Source: an uncultured Pirellulales bacterium
Lineage (GTDB): Bacteria > Planctomycetota > Phycisphaerae > Sedimentisphaerales > Anaerobacaceae
Assembly (NCBI GenBank): GCA_964394625.1
Contig: CAYMYK010000005.1
Coordinates: forward strand, 1 to 47,612
Length of the DNA stretch: 47,612 nt
Reading direction: 5' to 3'
Part shown: positions 1-9,282 of the stretch, one piece after another
Position numbering within the stretch: the first letter of the stretch is position 1
Layout: each line of letters starts with the position of its first letter
Made by a program: the position numbers and the translations under genes
The notes under the pieces: model-generated
Seen by the model: the letters and a program-made list of their open reading frames with translations, nothing else
What the model was told of the DNA's origin: nothing
The model's database searches: none

Positions 1-1815
1 GTCGATGCTTGCGTAATCGAAGTCATCTATCACACGATAGTCGCCTACCGTAAAGCTCCAGGTATCGCCCGGCCAGATGTACGGGTCGGGCCCTGCGGTA
101 TTGACCTCATCGACACGCCAGAAGTATTCCTTGCCAAGCTCCAGACCCGTAGCCGCGTAGCTTTGGGGTGTCTGGGGCGTACCGCCTGTGGCGTCGCAAA
201 CATCCTCGAAGTTCGTTCCGAAGTACACCACGTGGCCATCCGTCGAGGCCGCGTAATAACCGCGGTCCCACGTAAGCTCGTAGTTCAAAGGTGCGCCAAG
301 CTTGATGCCGGCTACGCCGCCGTCCTTCGGATTGGGATTACTGGCCTTGCCGCCGACCGTCCAGAAGTGGTGAACCGGCGCCTTCCACCACGAGATGTTC
401 AGCATACCTCCGCCGTAGGGAAGGCCGTTGGTGTCATTGGCCTCGATAACCGTCCAGACATAATGCGTGTCAAGCTTAAGAGTGTTGCCAAGCTCATTAC
501 AATCTGCTACGCTGAACGTGTTGGCATCCTGGGCGCCGACTATATGTCCGTAAAATGTCCCGACCGGATACTGCAGGTTCCAGCCGTTCATGTTCCCTGA
601 CTGCTCTTCGTAAGTGCCGATGAACACGTGATGGCCGTTGCCTATTTTGGAGCCGGGCACTCCGCCGGTGCCGACATAGTCGCCCGGACCCCAGCTTAGT
701 GTTTCCGTGGGCAGAACGCCCGTCGCGTTCTGCCGCGGATACAAACCATAGGGCTCGCCGTAACCGCCCAGGTACGCCGTAACAACGGTATGGCCCGTCT
801 GGCTCGGCTCGTCCGGAACCACCATCTCACCGCCGGGAACGTACTCCACTATCACCTCGGCCCACTTCGACATCCACCAGTTGTTCACATCGTCGTTGCC
901 GGGCTGATACCAGTGCTCCGGGTCGCACGGGTCGCACGGGTCTCCGTAGGCGGTTATCCACCCGCGGTCGATGTACCCCTGGATGCCTATCTCTTCTTTG
1001 CCGTCATAATAGGGGTCGATATATCCGGGCCGCTCATACGGCACGTACTTCTCATACGGAATCTCATTGTTCCGCCGGTCGCCGTCGATTATCAAACTTC
1101 CCTTTCGAATATCCAGGTTGCTTGTGCATACCTCCATATAGATATCGTCATACTCGGGGAAATAAGCGAGATCCCACGGATCCCATCCTCTCATCATCTC
1201 CAGAAAATACGTCTGGACAACACCGTCGTTGATTCGAAGGGTGCCGCCGCCGCCGGTATTAAACGACAGCGTAAGGCCGTCTGCTACCCACTCGCCGCCG
1301 TCCATGACAACAGTTCCCTGGCCGCCCATCTGCGTGCTCCACACGCCGTGAACCGTACTTGTTGTCGGGTCGCGCTGCGTCCGCCAGTAGCTGCCGGGCA
1401 TCATATGGACTGTTCCGGTCCTGTCCCTGTCCTCACCGCCAGTTGTCGACCAGCCGCTGCCTATTATAATAAGCCCCGGCTCTACAGTCAGCCGTCCCCA
1501 CATCACCAGACAGGGGTCCGCAACCGGCAGAGCCGGCGTCCCTGTCCGCCGACCGCTCATGCCGAAGCTGTCAACGGTGGTATTGACGTCTGCCTGCATC
1601 GTGGGCCAGGAACGTCCCTCACCCAGCCGCCCGGTTATGGTAATTCCACCCTGACCCGGTCCGGGCGGCCCCTGGTCGTTCGGGTCCCAGTTGTTCGGCT
1701 CGTTAAAGTCGTTGTTGTCCGGGCACCAGTCGGTCCAGTTCAACTGGGCCGATACACTGCCGGCAAGAACAAGCAATACAATCGCCGGCAAAATAAAAAA
1801 TGTTTTCTTACACAT
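1..1815 (-). CDS. Secreted multi-domain protein (signal peptide, Gly/Pro-rich linker, beta-sandwich FN3/PKD-like repeats). The C-terminus runs off the window start. Not in the ORF track because no stop lies in the window.
   Basis: My reverse-complement translation is open from the ATG at 1813-1815 (MCKKTFFILPAIVLLVLAGSVSAQ..., a typical signal peptide) to position 1, which is 605 codons. The codons are protein-like and GC3-rich. A strong SD, GGAGGAG, lies 6-12 nt upstream at 1822-1828. C-terminal motifs EYFWRVDEV...GDTWSFTVGDY recur. The overlapping plus-strand ORF 790-1881 is Arg-rich shadow sequence. Confidence 0.6.
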   Translation of the reverse strand, partial: MCKKTFFILPAIVLLVLAGSVSAQLNWTDWCPDNNDFNEPNNWDPNDQGPPGPGQGGITITGRLGEGRSWPTMQADVNTTVDSFGMSGRRTGTPALPVADPCLVMWGRLTVEPGLIIIGSGWSTTGGEDRDRTGTVHMMPGSYWRTQRDPTTSTVHGVWSTQMGGQGTVVMDGGEWVADGLTLSFNTGGGGTLRINDGVVQTYFLEMMRGWDPWDLAYFPEYDDIYMEVCTSNLDIRKGSLIIDGDRRNNEIPYEKYVPYERPGYIDPYYDGKEEIGIQGYIDRGWITAYGDPCDPCDPEHWYQPGNDDVNNWWMSKWAEVIVEYVPGGEMVVPDEPSQTGHTVVTAYLGGYGEPYGLYPRQNATGVLPTETLSWGPGDYVGTGGVPGSKIGNGHHVFIGTYEEQSGNMNGWNLQYPVGTFYGHIVGAQDANTFSVADCNELGNTLKLDTHYVWTVIEANDTNGLPYGGGMLNISWWKAPVHHFWTVGGKASNPNPKDGGVAGIKLGAPLNYELTWDRGYYAASTDGHVVYFGTNFEDVCDATGGTPQTPQSYAATGLELGKEYFWRVDEVNTAGPDPYIWPGDTWSFTVGDYRVIDDFDYASID

Positions 1816-2845
1816 AACAACTCCTCCTCAAAAATTCATAAAAACAACGGATTAAATCCCTGCATTGCCCGCCGCTCATAACAGCCGCGAGGGCCCTTGA
1901 CCGCACCCTGAAAAACTTATCAGGACGTCAGTGGCGCGCCCGTCACAAACGGCGATGCACAAAAAAGGAAAATGGGCAAAAGAGACATATCAAGAGACCT
2001 GTGCTTGCCCGACACAGCCAGCTTTCAATACACTAATTCACCCTCCTTTCTGCCGGAGACCGGCAAATTAGCCAAGAACGCCTCGATTCTCCTCTAAGGG
2101 ACAGATATACCTATACTTGTTAATCCTGCCGTTCTAAGCAATCCGATTCACTAATATCCCAAACACTCTCTCCACACAAGTTCCTGTGAACAAAGGCATT
2201 ATAGCCATATTTGCCCTTGTTGCACAAATCACGACCCTGCGATTAGGCACAGGAGCGGTTTATGTATTTTAGATTACAGTATTCCCACAGCCCTGTCAAG
2301 GGCAAAATGCCAAAAATTTTAAGTGAAGTTGCCGGTTTCCAACTGAAAAACCGAAAATTTTGAGCAAAATCGGCAATCGGCAGTTTTGCAGAGGGCTGCG
2401 GGATTTGGCGGCGTGAAAAGGCAGGTGGGTGCGTTTCATTTTTGTAGGTAAAAGCCGAATACTCTGCAGAAACTCGAAAGCGGCTATCAGGGTGACAGGT
2501 TATCAGGCGGCGGGCATCAGATTATCAGGAGAGCAGGTTAGAGACGCCGTATTTGGCATTCGTCATTTTCCTGATGCCCTGTTCTGCCGATATCCTGCAT
2601 CCTGGTTGCCTGATGACCTGGTTTGCCTTTTTTTGATATTCGGATTGATACGCCGGATATAGGCCTTATGAGTTAAAAAATCTACCTACAAACGTGAAGT
2701 GTACCCAAGGCGGGTCCTATAAAATGTTTGAGCTTGAAAAGGGATGGGAGAAATGTTAAAAGAGCGGATGCGGAGTCCGCCTTCGGCGGATTTCACTTCT
2801 TAGCGCCGAGAATAACGGTTAAACCCGGATTCTGATTCGGAATGA

Positions 2846-5800
2846 GTGTTCAGGATGGACGCAAAGAGAAAAGCAGGCAGCAATAATGTTATGCAAGAGG
2901 AGAGTTCCGGCGGGCAGAGGTTTGTCCCGACCTGTCCGGTATGCGGTGAGAAGCACTGGCCTCACCATCCTCTGGTTCCGTGTGTCAATGCGAAGAAGGT
3001 AAAGGCAAAGGCCAGGGCGGAGGCGAAGCGAAAAGCAAAGGAACAGCGAGAGCGAAAGGCCGAGGCGAAGCGCAAGGCCAAAGAGCAGGTGAGGGCGGCC
3101 AGGGCGGCTCGGGCTGAGGAGAGGGCGAAAGAAAGGGCGGAGGAAAAGGCGAGGCAGCAGGCGTACGAAGATGCGATAGCACGTGCGAATGAGAGTGCTG
3201 ATGACGAGGCGAGGGCGCGGGCGGATGCGGAGCAGAGGGCCGAGTCGGCGGCAAAGACACGGGACGTTGCTGTCGAGAAGGCCAGGACTGATGCGCTGGC
3301 GAGAGAGCGGACTGAGAAGGAGCTGAAGGGCCGGCTTGCGGAAAAGAGCCGGGCATACGAACTGGCGATAGAGCAGTCGCAGCGCAAGCTCGCAGAGCAG
3401 CAAAAGGCGCGTGCGGAGCTGCAAGAGAAACTCTCGGCCGAGACAAGTGCGCGGGCCGGGCTTGAAGAGATGCTTGCCGCCGAGCAGGCGGCCAGAAGTG
3501 CCGCCGAGGAAAAGGCGCAGCGAGAGGGTCTCGAGAGGGCGCAGGCCGAGTCGAGCTTGAAGGAAAAGGTGCGGCTGTACGGTGAGTCGCTGGCGGAGAC
3601 GGAAGAGAAATTAAGGGTTGAAAGTCAGGCGAGGGTCCAGGCCGAGCAGAAGGTGGAGGATTACGGCGGGCAGTTGGCGCGGCTTCGGGAACAGTTCGAG
3701 GCGCAAGGCGAGACGACGGCGGCCCTGGAGCAGAGCATGCAGGCCCAGGAGCAGGCGCGGATGCGCGCCGAGCAGCGGGCACAGGCGGAGCTCGAAAGGC
3801 GTGCGCAGGCGCAGACGCGGGCGGAGATTGCCGAACGCAGGGCCGAAGTGGAGGCGCAAGAGCGGGCTCAAACGCTCGAAAAGGCGAAAGGCGAATTAGA
3901 ACAACGGGCGAGGGAGTATGGAGAACAGATAGCAAGGGCACAGGAGAGGGCGAGGACGCTTGGTGTGGAGATTGAGCAGGCCCGCAGCAATTTAGCGGCT
4001 GAGGAGCAGGCGAGGGCAGAGGCGGAGAGTAAGCTTCAAGAATACGCCGAGGAGCTTGAGAAGGCGAAAGAAAAGATCGAGTTTGAAAGTGCTGCGAGAG
4101 GAGCGATAGAGGAGCAATTAGGCGATGAGAGTCAGGCGAGGGAAGAGGCGGAGGCGGAGGCGAGGCGGCTGGGAGAGTCGCTGGCTGAATTGGAGAAGCG
4201 TATCGAGGCACAGGAGCGGGCGGCGGCGGAGTTGCGGGTGGAGATAAACGAGGAGATTGAGGCAAGGTTGAAGGCGGAGGACAGGACCGGTACCGAACAG
4301 CAGGAAAGGGTAAAGGCCCAGAGACAACTCGAGCAGCTCGGGGAGTCATTAGAACAATTGCAGGAGCTGAACGAGGAGCAGGCGAAGAGATTAACGCAGA
4401 CGGAGGAGAAGTTAGAGGCGCAGAGGCGGGAGCGGATTGACGCCGAGCAGAGGGCCGAGAGAGAGATTGAGAAACGGGCAAAGGCCGAGGCACTGGCACA
4501 GGCGGCTGAGAAGGGCCGGGCTGAAGCATTGGAGCAAGTAAGACGGGAAGTAGAGGCGTCAGAGCAGGCCGAGCAACGCGCCAAGGCAGAATTAGAGCGC
4601 AAGGCGATGGAATACGGTGAGCGAATAGCGGAGCAGCGGGAACGGCTGAGCAACGCAACGCAAAGCAAAGAGGATGCCGAGCAGCAGAGCGAAGAGCAAC
4701 GGCTGGCGAGAGAGCAGGCCGAGCAAAACGTACGGGAGAGTGGGGAAAGAATAGCGGAATTGGCAGAGCAGCTTGGGACGGAGGCGCAGAACAGACAGGA
4801 GCTTGAGCAGCGGCTGCAGAGTGAAACCGAAGCGAGGTTGGGAGTTGAGGAGAGGGTGGAGCGTTTAGGCCAGGAGCGGACGACGGCCCTGGCGAAGGCG
4901 GAGGCGGCTGAGCGGGCCAGGGCGGATGCACAGGCCAGGGCTGACGAGCAGGAGCGTCTGAGAGAGGCGTTCGAGCAGCGAATGCGGGCGGAGCTTGAGG
5001 AGAAAACGCGGAGCTACAGTGAGCAGGTTGCTACGGCTGAGGAAAAGGCAAGAGCGAGTAGCGAGGCGAGGACGGAGGCAGAGGAGCGGCTGCAAGCCGA
5101 GGTTGGATTAAGGGGGCAGGCAGAGGGTAAGGTCAGGGAGTATGGTGAAGAGCTTTCGCAGATTAGAAAGACGCTTGAGGACGAAATCGGGGCCCGCGGG
5201 CGGGCGGAGCAGGAATTAGAAGGCGCCCGAGCGGCTGAGAATGAGGCGCTGGGGCAGGCAAAGGGCTATGGAGAGAAGGCGGATGAATTAGGCAGGCAGC
5301 TGGAGCAGCAGAGTGCATTGTTGGCGAAGATGGGGCAGGAGCTTGCGGCAGAAAGGACAGCGAGGGGGCAGGCGGAAGAGGAGCTTCGAGAGGTGAGTCG
5401 GGAGAAGGCGGCGGCGGTAGCGGCCGGGCAAGTGCAGGAGCGGGTGCGGGCAGATGCGGAGCAGAGGGCTAAGCTGGCGACGGAAGAGAAGGCGGTATTG
5501 CAGCAGCACTTAGGCGAGGCGCTGCAGGCGAAGAATATGGCGGGGCAGCAGGCACGTCAGGAGACGGAGGCGAGACAGAAGTCACAGGACAAGGCCCAGC
5601 GTGAGGCGCAGAGGCGGGCGGAGGCGGAGGCGATAAGAGATGCGGCTGAGAAGGCACGGGCTGAGGCGGAGACTAAGGCGACGGCTGAGGCACAGGAGCG
5701 GGCGCGAATTGAGAAGCAGACGAGTGCGGAATTAGAGCAGAAGGCCCGGCATTACGGCGAGCAAATAGCGGCTGCGCAGGAGAAGGTAAGGTCGTACGAG

Positions 5801-8800
5801 AGGGAGCTTGCGCAGTTGACCGAGCGGCTTGGTGCGGAGAAGAAGAGACGGGCTGAGGCGCAAGAAAAGCTGCAGGCGCAGACAGAGGCGAACCGGCAGG
5901 CGCAGGAGCGGGCGAAAAAGCAGGCGGAAGAGCTTGCGAGGGTACACAAGGAGACAGAGGCGCTGGTGCAGGGTAAAAGTGAGCTGGAAGATAAGCTGGA
6001 CGCCCAGAGTGAGGTGCGTGCGAGGACGGAGCGGACGGCGAAGCAAGCGGGCGAGAGGATTGCGGCCCTTGAGCTCCGGCTCAGGCAGGCGACGGATTCG
6101 CGTGCGGAACGGATTGCGAAAGTCGAGGCCAAGCAAAGGGCGAAGGCACAGGCGCAGGCGAACGAAGAGGTCAGGCGGGAGGCGGCCGAACAGGCCGAGG
6201 CGGCAGCAAAGTTGACCGAGCAGTTGCAGCAGCGAATTGCGGAAGCGACCGATGCGCGGCGGCGAGCGGAGGAGAATGTGGTGACGGCGGCGGAAGAAAG
6301 AGCGAAGGCACAAGCGGTTTTGCAAGCGGAGACAAAGGCGAGGATAGAAACGGAGCAGCGGCTTAGAACAGAGGCACAGGCGAGAGAGCAGACGGAGGAG
6401 AAGGCCAGGGCCGAGCTCGAGCAAAAGGCCGAGCAGTTCGGACGGCAGATTGCGACGGCGCAGCAGAGCGCTCGGTCGCTTGCCGAGCAATTGCGTGGTG
6501 CACAGGAGCAGTTGGAGATTGAGGGGCGGCTGCGGAGCGAATCGGATGAGAAGGCGGAACAATATGCCGAGACTCTTGAGCGGATTCGGGGCCAATTGGA
6601 GGCGCAGAGACAGGCAGGGGCTGAGCTTGAGGAGAAGCTGAGTGGGGCGATTGACGACAGAGAGGGACTTGCGGCGGAGTTAGCAAAGCAGGGCGAGCAG
6701 GCGGCCCAGATGAAGCAAAGGAGTGAGGCGGCAATACAGGGCAGGATTGAGGCGCAGGAGCGATTGAAATCGGAGACGGAGGCACGGCTCAGGGCGGAGC
6801 AGAAGGTGCAATTGGAGGCAGAGCAGAGGGTGAAGGCACAGGCGCAGGCCGAGACCGAGGCGAGGGCAAGGGCGCAGGCAGAGCAAAGGGCAAATGAGCA
6901 GGCCCGTTTGAGAGAGGCAGTGCAGCAGCAGGTAAAGGCGGAATTGGAGGAGAAGGCGAGACACTACGGCGAGCAAATAGCCAGGGCTGAGGAGCGGGCG
7001 GCGTCACTTGCCAAGACGCTGAGCAAGGCACAGCAGGAGACGGCGGAGGCGACACAGGCAAAAGCTCAAGTGGAAGAGCAGCTTGGCGGTTACGCCGGCA
7101 GGGTGGAGGATGTTGAGAAGAGGTTAGAGATAGCGGAACAGGCCCGGGCAAATGCGGAAGAAAAGCTCCGGGCGGAGATTGAAACCGCGGCAAATACTGA
7201 AATGCAGGTGCAGAGTGAGGCCCAGCAAAGGGCTAAGGCAGAGTCGCGGGCGGAGCTTGAGGCGAAGGGACGAGTCGAGTCGGAGGAAAGGGCGAAAGCC
7301 GCGGCAAGGGCGCAGGCGCAAGCGGAGCGTGAGGCGAAGGCGGAGCTGGAGGAAAAATCGAAGGCGTTTGAGCAGGCGAGCCGAGAGCTTGCCGAGACGC
7401 TGAGAGGTGAGATGGAGGCACGGATAAAGGCGGAGGAACAGGGCAAGTTGCTGGCTGAGCGATTTGCAGAGATTGAGGCGCAGATGGCGGATGAGGCCAA
7501 GGCAAGGGCTGAGGCGCAACAAGAGTCAAGGCGGTTGGCCGAGGCGCTGGCAGAGTTAAAGAGCAAAGTCGATGCGGCGGCGGAGCGAAGAGTGGAGGCA
7601 GAACAGCGGGCTGAGGAGGAAAAGCAGGCGAGGGTTGGTCTTCAAGAGAAGGAGCAACAGCGGGCCGAGGAAAAGACAAAAGCGGAGGCGCTTGCGGAGG
7701 CGGAGCGAGAGGCGAGGACGGCGGCGGAGGCGGTTGCCGCACGCCAGGTGCGAGCTCGAGAAAATATGGAGCGTGAGATGCGAGTGGAATTGGAAGAGAA
7801 GGCGCGGGCCTACGGCGAGGAGGTTGCAACGGCACGGGCCGGAGCGCGTGCCCTGGAAGAGTCGCTGAGTGAGTTGAAAAGCGAGCTTGCCGCTGAAAGG
7901 CGTGAGCGGGCGGAGATGGAGCAGCGGGCGCAGGAGCAGGCGGCGGCTTTGGTTGAGGCGCAGAGGCAGGCAGAGGAGCAGGCGGGGGCAATTGCCGAGA
8001 GAAAAGAGCAGTTAGAGTACCAGATTGAGGTAAGCAAGAAGGTACAGGCGAATGCTCAGGCATACGCGGAGCGGTTGGCTGAGGTTGAGGAGAAATTAGA
8101 GTGGCTTGAGAAGGCCAGGGCCGAGGCGGAGGAGAAAGAGAGGGCGCAGGCCGAGGAGGTTGCGGCGGCTCAGGAGAAGGCGCGTGGTCTGGCAGAGGTG
8201 CTGGGTGAGACGAAAAAGGAGCTTTCTACTGAGAGGCAGGTACGGGCGGAATTAGAAGAGAAGGCAAATGGGCAGGCGGCGGCTTTGGCTGAGGCGCAGA
8301 GGCAGGCAGAGGAGCAGGCGGGGGCAATTGCCGAGAGAAAAGAGCAGTTAGAGTACCAGATTGAGGTAAGCAAGAAGGTACAGGCGAATGCTCAGGCATA
8401 CGCGGAGCGGTTAGCTGAGGTTGAGGAGAAATTGGAGCGGCTTGAGAAGGCCAGGGCCGAGGCGGAGGAGAAAGAAAGGACGCAGGCCGAGGAGAGAGTG
8501 CAGGCGGAGGAGCAGTTGAACAGTGTCAATGAGAAGGCAGGAGAACTTGAGCGGCAGTTAAGGACTGAGCATAAGGCAAGAGAACAGGCGCAGAACAGTG
8601 CGAAGGCATACGCAGAGAAGATGACCGAGCTGGAAAAGGAGCTGGCGGTGCAGGCGGAGTCGGCAGCGCAGATGAAGAGCAGGATTGAGGCGGAGACGGA
8701 GGCGAGGATACAGGCGGAGGAGAACGCACGGATTAATGCCGAGGCGATGTTGGAAATTAGGGAAAGCATCAAAGAGCAAAGGGCCGGCGGAGCGGAAGTG

Positions 8801-9094
8801 CAAGAGAGGATTGGCGAGGCGGAGCAGGGCGAGCTGACATCAGGTCAGCAGGTTCATCAAAGAGAGCGGACTGCCGTTGGGATTAAGGCAGAGGCAGATG
8901 AGGCGGCAGTAACGGGACAGGCCGACAAGGGGTATGCGCCGATAGAGATTCGTGAGACGGGGGCGAGCCCCCACGGGGCGAGCAATGGTACGTGCGACTG
9001 CTGCGGTCGGGATGATATTGCTCTGACGGATTTGGTGAGAATAGACTCTGGTCATTTGTTCTGTCCGGATTGCCTTGCGGCGCTGGGGAGGTAA
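2846..9094 (+). CDS. Giant 2082-aa A/E/Q/R/K-rich helical protein (coiled coil or ER/K single alpha helix). It has an N-terminal Cys/His cluster and a C-terminal CxxC-x19-CxxC zinc ribbon. No signal peptide or transmembrane segment. Function unknown.
   Basis: A 6249-nt uninterrupted frame with GC3-rich codon usage like its neighbours. The start is GTG 2846 or ATG 2855. The N-terminus reads CPVCGEKHWPHHPLVPC. About 1900 residues follow with heptad-like AE(Q/K)RA composition and almost no aromatics or Pro. The C-terminus reads CDCCGRDDIALTDLVRIDSGHLFCPDC. Confidence 0.8.
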   Translation: MFRMDAKRKAGSNNVMQEESSGGQRFVPTCPVCGEKHWPHHPLVPCVNAKKVKAKARAEAKRKAKEQRERKAEAKRKAKEQVRAARAARAEERAKERAEEKARQQAYEDAIARANESADDEARARADAEQRAESAAKTRDVAVEKARTDALARERTEKELKGRLAEKSRAYELAIEQSQRKLAEQQKARAELQEKLSAETSARAGLEEMLAAEQAARSAAEEKAQREGLERAQAESSLKEKVRLYGESLAETEEKLRVESQARVQAEQKVEDYGGQLARLREQFEAQGETTAALEQSMQAQEQARMRAEQRAQAELERRAQAQTRAEIAERRAEVEAQERAQTLEKAKGELEQRAREYGEQIARAQERARTLGVEIEQARSNLAAEEQARAEAESKLQEYAEELEKAKEKIEFESAARGAIEEQLGDESQAREEAEAEARRLGESLAELEKRIEAQERAAAELRVEINEEIEARLKAEDRTGTEQQERVKAQRQLEQLGESLEQLQELNEEQAKRLTQTEEKLEAQRRERIDAEQRAEREIEKRAKAEALAQAAEKGRAEALEQVRREVEASEQAEQRAKAELERKAMEYGERIAEQRERLSNATQSKEDAEQQSEEQRLAREQAEQNVRESGERIAELAEQLGTEAQNRQELEQRLQSETEARLGVEERVERLGQERTTALAKAEAAERARADAQARADEQERLREAFEQRMRAELEEKTRSYSEQVATAEEKARASSEARTEAEERLQAEVGLRGQAEGKVREYGEELSQIRKTLEDEIGARGRAEQELEGARAAENEALGQAKGYGEKADELGRQLEQQSALLAKMGQELAAERTARGQAEEELREVSREKAAAVAAGQVQERVRADAEQRAKLATEEKAVLQQHLGEALQAKNMAGQQARQETEARQKSQDKAQREAQRRAEAEAIRDAAEKARAEAETKATAEAQERARIEKQTSAELEQKARHYGEQIAAAQEKVRSYERELAQLTERLGAEKKRRAEAQEKLQAQTEANRQAQERAKKQAEELARVHKETEALVQGKSELEDKLDAQSEVRARTERTAKQAGERIAALELRLRQATDSRAERIAKVEAKQRAKAQAQANEEVRREAAEQAEAAAKLTEQLQQRIAEATDARRRAEENVVTAAEERAKAQAVLQAETKARIETEQRLRTEAQAREQTEEKARAELEQKAEQFGRQIATAQQSARSLAEQLRGAQEQLEIEGRLRSESDEKAEQYAETLERIRGQLEAQRQAGAELEEKLSGAIDDREGLAAELAKQGEQAAQMKQRSEAAIQGRIEAQERLKSETEARLRAEQKVQLEAEQRVKAQAQAETEARARAQAEQRANEQARLREAVQQQVKAELEEKARHYGEQIARAEERAASLAKTLSKAQQETAEATQAKAQVEEQLGGYAGRVEDVEKRLEIAEQARANAEEKLRAEIETAANTEMQVQSEAQQRAKAESRAELEAKGRVESEERAKAAARAQAQAEREAKAELEEKSKAFEQASRELAETLRGEMEARIKAEEQGKLLAERFAEIEAQMADEAKARAEAQQESRRLAEALAELKSKVDAAAERRVEAEQRAEEEKQARVGLQEKEQQRAEEKTKAEALAEAEREARTAAEAVAARQVRARENMEREMRVELEEKARAYGEEVATARAGARALEESLSELKSELAAERRERAEMEQRAQEQAAALVEAQRQAEEQAGAIAERKEQLEYQIEVSKKVQANAQAYAERLAEVEEKLEWLEKARAEAEEKERAQAEEVAAAQEKARGLAEVLGETKKELSTERQVRAELEEKANGQAAALAEAQRQAEEQAGAIAERKEQLEYQIEVSKKVQANAQAYAERLAEVEEKLERLEKARAEAEEKERTQAEERVQAEEQLNSVNEKAGELERQLRTEHKAREQAQNSAKAYAEKMTELEKELAVQAESAAQMKSRIEAETEARIQAEENARINAEAMLEIRESIKEQRAGGAEVQERIGEAEQGELTSGQQVHQRERTAVGIKAEADEAAVTGQADKGYAPIEIRETGASPHGASNGTCDCCGRDDIALTDLVRIDSGHLFCPDCLAALGR

Positions 9095-9282
9095 GATGGC
9101 CCTGCCATTCCGGGGGAAGGTATAGCAGGGAAACGGTTATTGTCCCGGCTTTCAATTTTGATTTTACGGGGCGGGTAATATGCTTATAATGTGGCCTTTT
9201 TACCGTGTGAACAGCAGGGTATGTAACTCAAACTGAACTACGGTCGGTTTGAGTATGTAATATAACAGGGCTGAGAAAATAA

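Noticed and set aside
790-1881. Plus-strand 363-aa ORF
   Set aside because: Arg/Val/Pro-rich nonsense. The minus strand carries a clean signal-peptide protein with a strong SD.
2429-2662. 77-aa ORF in the long upstream spacer
   Set aside because: No SD, odd composition, and it overlaps the ATCAGG repeat array. More likely noncoding.
2985-4931. Long antisense ORFs (648 aa here, plus 7233-8063, 5732-6595 and others) rich in Pro/Ser/Ala/Leu/Arg, opposite the giant gene
   Set aside because: These are shadow frames of a GC-rich low-complexity repeat. Only the plus frame stays open for 6.2 kb and has sensible codon usage.
7939-8496. CRISPR-like or minisatellite array
   Set aside because: Only two copies, the period is 336 bp, and the sequence is in-frame coding. 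It is an intragenic duplication, not a CRISPR.
9095-9160. Possible intrinsic terminator after the giant gene
   Set aside because: Only a weak 5-bp stem with a ~30-nt loop before a T-rich run. The hairpin is not convincing.
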